Assembly: GCF_001194135.2 (NCBI RefSeq)
Contig: NC_068986.1
Coordinates: 104,568,216-104,601,784 of the forward strand
Length of the DNA: 33,569 nucleotides
Direction of reading: 5' to 3'
DNA from: Octopus bimaculoides
Taxonomy: Eukaryota
Position numbers and translations under genes: made by a program. This document shows positions 22,085 to 33,569 of this stretch, in pieces. Below the pieces are notes generated by a model, which was not told where the DNA came from, made no database searches, and saw nothing but the letters and a program-made list of their open reading frames with translations. The stretch's first letter is position 1. Each line of letters starts with the position of its first letter.

Positions 22085-23019
22085 GTATGAGTTTATACAT
22101 TTAGGTGGCGTATTTGCCAGGCAAGTGTTTCGATCTGAGCTTCAGTGTTGAAACTAAAGCAATTACAACATGGAAGATATATATCAACCGTTCAAAAACA
22201 CACGAAGAGTGTGAACTTCGCTTAAATATTTATTATTTGGCGTCAAAATAATCGTCATACCAACTGCAACTTGGTAACTGCTGTTCTGTTTATTATATAT
22301 GCACTTCTGTTTCACTGCAATTCTGCTTATAATTTCTGTGCAAATAATCAATTTTAAAATCTGTGAATGAAACAGAATAACAAAATATGAGCCGCATGGA
22401 AACGAGAGATTTACTGGAGGAAAAGGAACTGGAGATTATGATGTTCGTATTGCATAATCAAATGTGAATAAATATTTTTAAGAATCCGCGATACATAATA
22501 ATTAAACACAGACAATATGGCCTCGACTGAAGGCCACTGATTCAGATATCCCACATCATTTTTCCTAATCACAAGAGATCGAAGTGGATGAAATATAAAT
22601 TCAACTGAAACTATTATACAAGTCAATCAGCGGTAAATTTTCTAATAAGTCGGAATACTTCTTCATTTCAGTAAAGAATGTACAAGTGCGTATCCTGCAA
22701 ATATCTGGTTAAGTGGCATGCACCAGCAACAGTTATAGGTCTTGACCGTAAATCGAGATTAGAGCTGACGGCGCTGGATACGAACCTTAGACCGTTAGAT
22801 TTGTAAGACTGATATGTTATCGATGTCTCCATTTGCAAGTTTCCCAGGTGGAATAAACGAAACTAAATGAAGTCCCTTGTCGAGGTCCACCACAATGTAT
22901 CACTTGTGCGCAGATATCAATTGTCTGTCTTGTCGACCGTAGCGACTGTGTTATCTAAATTATACCTGGTGACTAATTAGCAGTTAGCAAGAATACAAAC
23001 CCCACTGTTGCCCAATTAC

Positions 23020-23115
23020 CACACCACTACCAGCACCACCAGCACCACCACCAGCACCACCACCAGCACCACCACCAGCACCACTACATCCTCCAGTATC
23101 ACCACCACACACGAC
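23020..23115. repeat. (CAC)n/(CAG) compound repeat (caccaccagcac)
   Basis: Direct read. Confidence 0.85.
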
Positions 23116-24489
23116 CATCACTACCGACCCCTGTACTACTCTAGTAAATCTACCGTGAAGCTAACAATGAAATAATAGTCGGTCGTGTTCCTGGTAGCTG
23201 CCAATCTATTAGTTTTAGTCGTTGACAATAGAAATGATACAACAACAGTCAGGTGTGATGTTAGCAATCAGATAGAGACAGTCTTTGACTATTATCTTTC
23301 CACTTTGCTTCACCTACAATCCACATTAATGCACTTAACATTCTTAATTGCACCGGCTACTGCTGCTGTTGCTGCTGTTGCTGCTCCTGCTGTTGCTTCT
23401 ACCGTTGTTGCTGCAGCAGTTATTTTTGATATTTTTTGTTTGTTTCTTTTTGCTTTTTCACTGCTGCTGTGGTTTTTGTTTGTTTTTTTTTATTGCTGTT
23501 GTAGTTTACGTTATTATTGTCGTCTTGTAATGTTATTGGTTTTATTATTCCAGTTGTTTAACTCCAGATCAGACTGGATCCAGCAATGCACCTTTGATCA
23601 AAGACGTTCAAGCTGTGATCATGTGATTGTCTTTTTTTTTTCTCCTTTTTTTTTCTTTTTTTGCAGCCATAGTCTATCTAGGACTCCGTTATCTAATACA
23701 TCCTTCCAATGTTCCTACAGAAATCAATGTTGACTTGAAAGGGAATTGGTTGCTATTTCTAGCATGTCGTGCAGTTCCCACCTTGAGTAGAATTTCCCCT
23801 GTTGACCCAGAGCAGCCCTTATATTCACAGAGCTACTCTTCTTTCCTGGCTTTTGGCTGTTGCTCTTCATTCTGCCATTGATATTTGTGTCTCCGGTATC
23901 TACCTCATATTTGATACTGTACTCAGGTAAACGCCGCTGGTGTTAGGCTTGGTGCGGTTCTTTAGTTTCCAGCGACTGCTGCTGTATTTACTGTTGTTGC
24001 TTGTGAAGCTGACATTGTTATCGATTCTACTTGCTCAATCTCGTTACATACATACATATATATATATATANNNNNNNNNNNNNNNNNNNNNNNNNNNNNN
24101 NNNNNNNNNNNNNNNNNNNNNNNNNNNNNNNNNNNNNNNNNNNNNNNNNNNNNNNNNNNNNNNNNNNNNNNNNNNNNNNNNNNNNNNNNNNNNNNNNNNN
24201 NNNNNNNNNNNNNNNNNNNNNNNNNNNNNNNNNNNNNNNNNNNNNNNNNNNNNNNNNNNNNNNNNNNNNNNNNNNNNNNNNNNNNNNNNNNNNNNNNNNN
24301 NNNNNNNNNNNNNNNNNNNNNNNNNNNNNNNNNNNNNNNNNNNNNNNNNNNNNNNNNNNNNNNNNNNNNNNNNNNNNNNNNNNNNNNNNNNNNNNNNNNN
24401 NNNNNNNNNNNNNNNNNNNNNNNNNNNNNNNNNNNNNNNNNNNNNNNNNNNNNNNNNNNNNNNNNNNNNNNNNNNNNNNNNNTATATAT

Positions 24490-24640
24490 TGCTTGACAAC
24501 CGATGGTAGTGTGTTTACGTCCCCGTAACTTAGCGGTTCGGCAAAAATGTCCGATTGAATAAGTCCTGGGTGTCAATTTGTTCGACTAAAGGCGATGCTC
24601 TTGCATTGCCGCAGACAAATGACTGAAACAAGTAAAAGAG
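24490..24640 (+). mobile_element. SINE family B, 3' half; the 5' half is probably inside the N-gap
   Basis: gcttgacaaccgatggtagtgtgtttacgtccccgtaacttagcggttcggcaaaa...aaatgactgaaacaagtaaaagagta. Confidence 0.85.
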
Positions 24641-25201
24641 TAAAAAGGAGTATATATCTCCACACACACACATTTATATTTACCCGGATATGGTAGCTGA
24701 TATGAGACCGGGTGGTAGACGGGGTTACTGTTTAAACATCCGTCTAGTAGGGCTATCGTCATTGGTTTAATTTGGCAAAAAGAAAAGAAGAGAAAGAATC
24801 TGCACATTCAACGGATAAGTTCACCTAGTAGTAAGAAGCTCATACATTGTTGTATAGTACACTATACTACGTTCACGGCCCAGATACTAAATATTAAACA
24901 CCAGAGACGACCGTTACTAAAATAAAAAAAAAATCCAGTGCGGTGTAAATATCTGTATTCTGTTCACAATAAAAAAAATTAAATATTGGCCCTCAATAGC
25001 GGTTCTCAACCGGGGCCCACATGGCTCGTGAGGGTCATTATATGATTTTATTGCTAAGGTTTATGTGCAATTAATTGATCATACTTCTAGAATAAGCAAA
25101 TTATTTTAAGAATTTTTATACAGTTCCTATTAATATAAGATTATAAAAATAAAATGGCATTTAAGGTTCACCAGCGTAAAATGGGTATTAAGTGGTTCCA
25201 T

Positions 25202-25429
25202 ACTCTTTTACTCTTTTACTCTTTTACTTGTTTCAGTCATTTGATTGCGGCCATGCTGGAGCACCACCTTTTAGTCGAGCAAATCGACCCCAGGACTTAT
25301 TCTTTGTAAGCCTAGTACTTATTCTATCGGTCTCTTTTGCCGAACCGCTAAGTTACGGGGGCGTAAACACACCAGCATCGGTTGTCAAGCGATGTTGGGG
25401 GGCCAAACACAGACACACAAACATATACA

Positions 25430-25475
<46 letters not shown>

Positions 25476-25807
25476 NNNNNNNNNNNNNNNNNNNNNNNNN
25501 NNNNNNNNNNNNNNNNNNNNNNNNNNNNNNNNNNNNNNNNNNNNNNNNNNNNNNNNNNNNNNNNNNNNNNNNNNNNNNNNNNNNNNNNNNNNNNNNNNNN
25601 NNNNNNNNNNNNNNNNNNNNNNNNNNNNNNNNNNTATATATATACGACGGGCTTCTTTCAGTTTCCGTCTACCAAATCCACTCACAAGGCCTTGGTCGGC
25701 CCGAGGCTATAGTAGAAGACACTTGCCCAAAGTGCCACGAATGGGAATGAGCCCGGAACCATGTGGTTCGTAAGCAAGCTACTTACCACACAGCCACTCA
25801 TGCGCCT
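25202..25807 (-). mobile_element. SINE family B, full length, with an N-gap inside its internal microsatellite
   Basis: Near-identical to 7940-8357 on both sides of the gap. Confidence 0.9.
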
Positions 25808-25812
25808 ATAAG

Positions 25813-25916
25813 AGGAAGGAATTAAGTCGATTACATTGAACTCAGAACGTAATGGTAGTCGAAATACCGCTAAGCATTTTGCCCGGCGTGCTAACGATTC
25901 TGCCAGCTCGCCGCCC
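25813..25916 (-). mobile_element. SINE family A, internally deleted
   Basis: Intact head (ctaacgattctgccagctcgccgcc) with gaactcagaac joined directly to ttaagtcgattaca; the Meta-like core is missing. Confidence 0.85.
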
Positions 25917-26894
25917 TATAGGTAAGAAATTGGTTGAAAATCATTGTTCTAAATATTCCACATTGCAAAGAACCTAGCTGCTTGTAGGAACTAAATTCTG
26001 GTAGAGTTCATTGTACTTTGTTAACGGTCAACACGCGAAAATTTTATAGACAAGACGATTTAAATCTGAGTATTGTTTTGAAGATAGTGCTTGACAATTT
26101 ATAAATAGGTTAGCGGATATAAAACATTTACGACTGTATAAAACAACGTATTTATTTATCTTTTCATTTCCGCACTGAAGATCATCTCCAGCATTTATTC
26201 ATATCTTACAAAGATTAGATAAGAACTGCAATGGAGTGAACCCTTATATGTGAGATGGTGCATCCTCGACTATATCCATTAGAAGTTCTCAGACATTTTG
26301 GTACAAATCATTCACAGGCATGCTCCAGTATGTGGCCCACTCTCTTCTCTCACTCTCTCTGCCCTTTATGCGGCAGTTAGCCGTTTGCATGTCCAAAGCA
26401 TTTTCATAAATTTCCCCTAACTGCTCATGTATATTCTCAGACTCTTAGTTAGCTCTTGTTTTATACGTCCTGAACATTAAAGTTTTCGTTTTATAAGTCT
26501 TAAATTACTCTGGTAGAGGGAAAAATAATGGGATTGTATATAATTTATGATGTATGGACACCAGAGAAATATCTCCTGTGTAACAAACGAAATAAACAAG
26601 ACAAGCAAAGGTTGGCATGACCTATGCTCCTCAAGGCAGGCTGGGCTCTTATCATATCTACTTTGACATTCGTCTTATCCTTGTCTGTTCTTACTCATCA
26701 GTCATGTTGTATGTAACCCCAAAGCACTGCACCAATCTTTTCACCCAGCCCGTCCGAAAACGTTGACCTTGTAGAACTATAGCTCTCGCAGATGTTGGCT
26801 TACAAAAAAAAAAGAAAGAAAAAAATAAGAAAAGAAAAAGGAGCATCTATTGCAACAATCCCAGTGTCTAGGAAATTCTGCCATATCCATGAGC

Positions 26895-27005
26895 ACAGAG
26901 AGAATAAATACCAGGTTTAAAAAATACAATTACTGAGGTCGATTCATTTCACTAAAACCCTTCAGAACGGCCGGAGTTCAATGACTGAAACAAGAAGATA
27001 AGAGT
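26895..27005 (+). mobile_element. Degenerate SINE 3' tail fragment (family B-like tail)
   Basis: aataaataccagg...ggtcgattcatttcactaaaaccc...aatgactgaaacaagaagataaga. Confidence 0.55.
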
Positions 27006-29544
27006 GAAGATAACGTGTGTGAGTGAGTATATATAAACATACATACGTATATACATATATGTATTTGTGTATCAATCTTTATACAGATGTGTGCGTGTGT
27101 GTGTTTTAATGTGTGTATAATGTATTTGTATAGACGCTATATTATGTGTAAACACAAATATACCTACAAACATACACACTCGGATACAAATATTACTCTT
27201 TAAGCACCACCACGTGCTATATCATGTTTCAAAAGAGAAAATCAATGTCGTTTGCTTATTTTTATATATGCAAACTCACACGTGGACATACTTATTCTCT
27301 GCGTACATGCATACAAGCGTATATCATAATGCATACATACACAATGACACGCATAGAACCATGTGCATGCAACCTTAAGCACCCACACAAACACATATTT
27401 ATACTTATCCCTTATATATGCAGTTTAGCCATTATGTACACTTACATGCACTCATATACACAATGGCTAAAGTTTACAAGCGTTCGCGCTGACATATACG
27501 GGTGACGTTAAATTACGTACACAAACAAACGCACAGGTATTCATTTTTTAAACAACATATAAAATCATATAAAGGCGCATTTTGGAAATTACATATAAAA
27601 ATGCATATATATATATATATATAAGACTACATATATAAAGGAGAGCGATAATTGATAATAGAAAGGAGAGGGGGTAGTAAGCTGAAGGAAGAGGGAAGAA
27701 GAATGGAGGCGAAGAAGAGATGGTATAGAATGCAAATGGGATAAATGTGCGTAACGACGTGGCAGAAAGGAGGTGGGCTGTAGTTAGAGATAGGAGAGGG
27801 AACACAAAATGCATATATTAAAGCAAAGTATTCGAGAGATTGATAAGAGTAAGGGGCGTTGAGACCTTAGGGGTGTTAACAGATGGGATATTAAGTCGGA
27901 GAAATGGAATGAAGTGAAAGAATAACGGAGAGAAAGGAAAATAAGAGAAAATTTGATGTGCAATTCTGGCATCAATGTAATATGATGAGATGCATAATTG
28001 CATATTTATACACAAAACATATATATATAAATATATATATATATATANNNNNNNNNNNNNNNNNNNNNNNNNNNNNNNNNNNNNNNNNNNNNNNNNNNNN
28101 NNNNNNNNNNNNNNNNNNNNNNNNNNNNNNNNNNNNNNNNNNNNNNNNNNNNNNNNNNNNNNNNNNNNNNNNNNNNNNNNNNNNNNNNNNNNNNNNNNNN
28201 NNNNNNNNNNNNNNNNNNNNNNNNNNNNNNNNNNNNNNNNNNNNNNNNNNNNNNNNNNNNNNNNNNNNNNNNNNNNNNNNNNNNNNNNNNNNNNNNNNNN
28301 NNNNNNNNNNNNNNNNNNNNNNNNNNNNNNNNNNNNNNNNNNNNNNNNNNNNNNNNNNNNNNNNNNNNNNNNNNNNNNNNNNNNNNNNNNNNNNNNNNNN
28401 NNNNNNNNNNNNNNNNNNNNNNNNNNNNNNNNNNNNNNNNNNNNNNNNNNNNNNNNNNNNNNNNNNNNNNNNNNNNNNNNNNNNNNNNNNNNNNNNNNNN
28501 NNNNNNNNNNNNNNNNNNNNNNNNNNNNNNNNNNNNNNNNNNNNNNNNNNNNNNNNNNNNNNNNNNNNNNNNNNNNNNNNNNNNNNNNNNNNNNNNNNNN
28601 NNNNNNNNNNNNNNNNNNNNNNNNNNNNNNNNNNNNNNNNNNNNNNNNNNNNNNNNNNNNNNNNNNNNNNNNNNNNNNNNNNNNNNNNNNNNNNNNNNNN
28701 NNNNNNNNNNNNNNNNNNNNNNNNNNNNNNNNNNNNNNNNNNNNNNNNNNNNNNNNNNNNNNNNNNNNNATATATATATATATATATATATACGGATGAA
28801 TATGCGTTGCACTGGTGTATAAGTACATACAAACATACATCTGTGTGGTGTGTCTGCGTGTCCGTGTGTGCGTGTATGTGGTTTATATTTTATGGTTTAG
28901 TTGACGGTGTGGGTTGGAGACTAGGCTTCTGGGAAGATGAATAAAATTGAAGCGACAATAAAAAAAAACTAAATAGACGTTGAAAAAGGTTAAATGTTCG
29001 GTCTTCTGCTACATTGACGCTGGCGTGATGAAACATGCATAAAAATCAAAAATACATTGGAAACAAGAAACGCAAGTGAGTTTCCAGAATACTTGAACAG
29101 GCTATTTTATAAATACTTCAGAATATAACGGATCGTGACAACGAAAGACTTTGAAATATAATGTCACAGTTGGCAAGACTGATATCCATAAGATGTCCTT
29201 CATTTACCAAATACAGGGATGAAAGGACGAAGCATGCTATTTGTTCCGGCTTTGGTTTTAACAAATTTACAGTCTGGTTCAATATAATGCGCTTCTTGAC
29301 GAGTGGGTAACTTATTTGTATTATTTTATCTAAATAAGATACAGGCTCGTTAATTTGACCACTTGATCTTTAAACTGTGAAAACCTTGGTCCTTTAGACA
29401 CCGAGAATACTCAAAGAAAGGAGAAAGAAAAAGATAGGGGAGAGAGAACGGGCCTTCTTAGATCTGAACGGTTAGGTTTCAGTCGGGCATGTTGAATTTT
29501 TGCATCGATATTGTTCTCCTTTGAAATGTTCGCAAGACTCAGTA

Positions 29545-29725
29545 TTTCACATCGATCCAATCCACTCAGCTGGCAAAAGGGGTTTTACCTGCAATTCAAT
29601 TGCGAAGCCTTGTACCATTCTGTGTCATGCTGAATCTCCCTGAGAAGTACATTAAGGGAACACCTGCTAGGCCTCTTGCACGTTAATTTCATGAGCTGGA
29701 TGTTCCGTGGATCAGATCACCTGGG
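29545..29725 (+). mobile_element. Old SINE fragment carrying the family C long tail
   Basis: tgtgtcatgctgaatctccctgagaagtacattaagggaacac...cttgcacgttaatttcatgagc matches 30080-30170. Confidence 0.65.
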
Positions 29726-29845
29726 ACACTCAGTAACTACGTGATACATCTTTAAATGAATTAACATTCAAGTTAAGTATTAACTGAATGGTAATTGCAT
29801 TGAGATTATAAAGTTTGAGCATTTTTGTGAGAGTAATTTTCTTAC

Positions 29846-30230
29846 GTGCAGGTGCAATGACCCAGTGGTTAGGGCAGCGGACTTGCAGTCGTAGGATTGC
29901 GGTTTCGATTCCCAGACCGGGCGTTGTGAGTGTTTATTGAGCGAAAACACCTAAAGCTCCACGAGGCTCCAGCAGTGGGTGGTGGCGAACCCTGCTGTAT
30001 TCTTTCACCACAACTTTCTCTCACTCTTTCTTCCTGTTTCTGTTATACCTGTATTTCAAAGGGCCAGTCTTGTCCACTCTGTGTCACGCTGAATCTCCCC
30101 GAGAACTACGTTAAGGGTACACGTATCTGTGGAGTGCTCAGCCACTTGCACGTTAATTTCACGAGCAGGCTGTTCCGTTGATCGGATCAACTGGAACGCT
30201 CGTCGTCGTAACCGACGGAGTGCCAACAAC
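29846..30230 (+). mobile_element. SINE family C, long-tail type, full length
   Basis: Colinear and highly similar to 11490-11870. Confidence 0.9.
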
Positions 30231-30332
30231 AATTTATTGGATTAGTGGAAATTATGGTCTATGGGGAAAGGTTTATTCATTAGGGAAATCGAGCGACATT
30301 TGAACTATCATAAAATAAATAGTAAGTATAAT

Positions 30333-30407
30333 GCACCTCCCGGTTCGGAAATCGAAACCGTGACTTTGCAATCGTGAGCGCAACCTAACCACTAGGCCAC
30401 GCGCCTT
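30333..30407 (-). mobile_element. Isolated tRNA-like SINE head
   Basis: Minus strand aaggcgcgtggcctagtggttagg...cggtttcgatttccgaaccggg has A-box and B-box motifs and resembles the family C head; no canonical cloverleaf. Confidence 0.65.
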
Positions 30408-32419
30408 CTTGTGGAGCCAAAATAACGGAGAAAAATATGGTGCTGGTAATACAAGAGTAAGAGAAGGACGAGAACAGTGAGGATACAGCAAATGTATAGT
30501 CTATTGTGCGTGCGTATCTTCACACGGTTGATACGAAGAAATACCGCACCAGAAGTATTAGACAAAGGGTCTTCACCATTTGTGACTATTGCAAAAATGC
30601 GTAAAAAGTTATTATGACCGCAATGAAAATGAATCTACAATAGCATTTCGTTGGGATCAGAGTATATGGATCTTTTCCCTTTGAACGCCACATCGAAAAA
30701 TTACACCACCGGAAGTTGTTGTTGACAAACTGCAGCAGTAATTTCATTCAACTGAATACACGTCATTGATTGGTTGAACACGAAATAACTTTGAAAATAC
30801 AAATTTTTCTCAATATCACTAAGAGTAAAAGATGTTTTATATGACACATTGTACCAGTATCCAAAGTTTGAAAGTGTTTAGTTACAAAATATTATTTTCT
30901 CGATGCGCCGTTCGAAGGGAAAAGATCCGAGTGTATATCCAAATATTAAGGATCTTTCTGGCATCATAAAACTTGCCCTGAAGGATATTTTACCGAAGGT
31001 TCAAAACTAAAACCTTGAGAGCAAAAAGGACAATTTAAATGTTGCAAATTTGGGAGCAAAAACCTCTTTGATTTCTAGACAGAAAAAACAAAAACAATAC
31101 CGGAAGGAAGACTTTATCATTTGACCAAGCTGTCGGCCTGAGGCGGTGCATGAGAGGAGAGGTAGGTGTTCATCTCCATCTAATTCACAATCCTCTAGCA
31201 AATAAAATGAGAGATGCCTGCAAGTGGCGAAAATGGTACGAATCGGAGATCAAGTTTTTTTTTTTTTATTTACATTAACGGTTTTGTTTCAAACAATGTT
31301 TGAGGTAATTGCAGCAAGAGAGATCATAAAAACGAAAAGGAGACTACAAATTCGAGAGACATCGATTAAAAGAAGACTTAAACGACTGAATTTAATATTC
31401 CAGAGGAAAACAAGACAGTGACAATGAGTTCAAGGGAAGCAGTTCGAGAAGAAAAAAAAGCTATGAGAATAAAAAGGATTTATGACTAACATGTAGCTGA
31501 ACAGACGGATATTATGCATCTGAGAAGAGAAGTGAGTGTCACGTGTCAAGGTACTGACACAGGGTGGCAGACTAGAAAGTTCATCAGAGCAATGTCCATG
31601 AATATAATTATAAAAAAGAAGCCACGGATAATATATTTTGACAACGAGATAAAGACTTCAACATGGTAGATAGAAGAGAACCCACTTTGTAAACAAATCG
31701 ACTCAGAGTGAATCAGGAGACATCATGCGTCGCAACCTTCCACATTGCGACACCTACCTATCTGCCATTTCGATTTTTCATACTCTGTTACATACCCCAA
31801 CTCCTTTGTATTATTGTATATGTATAGTCTGAAAAGTTTTGTACGTAAGGATTACGTATACAATCTTTTTTGCACGTATGTATATGTGAAACCACCATAG
31901 GCAATAAATAAATGATCAATATAATTATTTGTCTAAGATGATTTGTGTCTGCTTTTGTCTGTCGTTGACACATAATTTTGTAATTTATAGTTATCCTTAT
32001 ATATATCGTACTCTTTACGGTGTGAATGCCGTGCGATTTCGTGAGCGCTTTCGCTCTTTAGCCTCCAGTTTAAAAGGACAACATTGCATATGAGCGACGT
32101 CTATCACCTCAAGAACGAATCAAAGAAACCAAAATAATCAATAAAAATTCCTCAGCTAAAACAACTAAAAAAAGAAAATAAAGGATACATCAGTATTTTA
32201 TGTTATTTTTGATTTTGGTCGTTGGAAGTTTTTCTTTGTCATTTTCAAATTTTGTTTTTCTATATATTTTTTGCTCTTTGTTTTTTAAAAATTTTTTTTT
32301 ATTCTGAAGTCTTAAGTAAATATCTTTTCTCCTGCTGAGGTAAATGTTCTTTTTTACTTCTTCACCCTATCGTTTTCATCTTGTTTCTTAAGATAAAAAA
32401 CGCCTAGAAAATAAGAAAA

Positions 32420-32677
32420 TGAAATATATGTATACATATATATATATATTATATAAAGAGATATACATAAACACTTACACAAACATATGCATATATATTA
32501 TATACATATACACAGACATATATATACATATTACATATATATACATATTACACACACACATACACACACACATACACACACACACATATAGATATATATA
32601 TTTCAATACATATATCAAACAGTAAACACAGACGAGACTCACCCATATATACACACGTAGATAAGTGATTAAATACA

Positions 32678-32708
<31 letters not shown>

Positions 32709-32828
32709 GCGCACACACACACACACGCATATACAGACGCATGCATATATACATGTATATCATCATATACCATACGAACAAACTCGCATACATGCGTACA
32801 AAGAAGTAAATGCTGACACACACACACA

Positions 32829-32874
<46 letters not shown>

Positions 32875-33224
32875 GAGACATACATGCATAAAATAATCAG
32901 AGAATATATAGGAAACAGAAGAAAGAAAAACAACACAAGGAAAAAGAACAAAAGAACAATAAGTACAAAACAACAACAACAAAAAAAAAACAGCGAATAA
33001 ATGCAAGACAAAAAGCTTGTGTTAATTTTGTTGTTTTTTGGCTGATATTTCCTGCAGGAAGATTCTAGGATATTGCTATCGAGGCACAAAAATATAGTAA
33101 ATTACAAACATACAAACATACATGCACACATACATACAGACACACACACATACACACACATACATACATATATATATACACACACACACACGCGCACACA
33201 CACACACACACACANNNNNNNNNN

Positions 33225-33291
<67 letters not shown>

Positions 33292-33526
33292 AGCATGTAG
33301 GCATATAAACATATATAGATATGTGTATATGTATACACATATGTATATATATATATATAATACTAATAAAATATGAAAGATTAAAAATGATAGATATAAA
33401 ACATATAGGAAACAACAATAAAAAGTGCACAAACGCCAGATTCACACATACATATAAACTCGCGTACGCACACGCAGTCACATGGATACATGCACACATA
33501 CAAATATGTAGACATACATACATACA

Positions 33527-33569
<43 letters not shown>
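32420..33569. repeat. Field of (TA)n, (CA)n, (GC)n and (TACA)n microsatellites
   Basis: Direct read; source of many YIYI/HTHT/CVCV pseudo-ORFs. Confidence 0.9.

Larger units (their letters stand above)
24997..25946. mobile_element. hAT (Charlie-like) MITE interrupted by two SINEs
   Basis: Left end tagcggttctcaaccgggg and right end ggttgaaaatcattg resemble the CAGTGGTTCTCAACC hAT TIR (10/15 identical to each other). The halves rejoin at ccata|ggtaag when the SINEs are removed. No clear 8-bp TSD. Confidence 0.55.

Noticed and set aside
22640-22975. Several 35-45 codon protein-like frames on both strands
   Set aside because: They are short, interrupted by stops, and share no family motif that I can name.
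23627-23945. Open frames of 70-85 codons on both strands after a strong polypyrimidine-AG
   Set aside because: No recognisable domain; being open on both strands suggests chance or an unclassified repeat.
26280-26480. Possible decayed LINE C-terminus on the minus strand (KCFGHA resembling WFGHV)
   Set aside because: Only a short motif with stops and frameshifts, too weak to call.
32419-33523. Many overlapping YIYI/HTHT/CVCV ORFs
   Set aside because: They are translations of dinucleotide repeats that lack stop codons.

Overview
AT-rich, repeat-dense eukaryotic DNA with 11 N-gaps (about 3.6 kb in total), most of them bordered by microsatellites. From recall of the SINE sequences it looks like an octopus (cephalopod) genome; I could not verify this. 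I find no intact protein-coding gene, functional RNA gene or CRISPR array. The long ORFs in the supplied track are artefacts of N-gaps and microsatellites. The window is a mosaic of decayed mobile elements. There are three tRNA-derived SINE families, which I label A (Meta-domain-like), B (CORE-like with an internal microsatellite) and C (tRNA-Arg-like head with two alternative tails). There are also 3' ends of a CR1-group LINE, an RTE LINE and an R4/Dong-like restriction-endonuclease retrotransposon, an internally deleted Gypsy element with LTR and PBS, two mariner loci, a hAT-like MITE, a long-TIR foldback element and a probable Helentron-associated HINE. The most unusual structures are (1) head-to-tail SINE multimers whose junctions all enter the head at the same position, (2) an R4/Dong-like element embedded in (AAT)n next to a loopless (AAT)n/(ATT)n palindrome, and (3) a convergent double-5'-end mariner foldback. 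Three weak candidate exons are flagged. I cannot support a confidently novel biological system from sequence alone.
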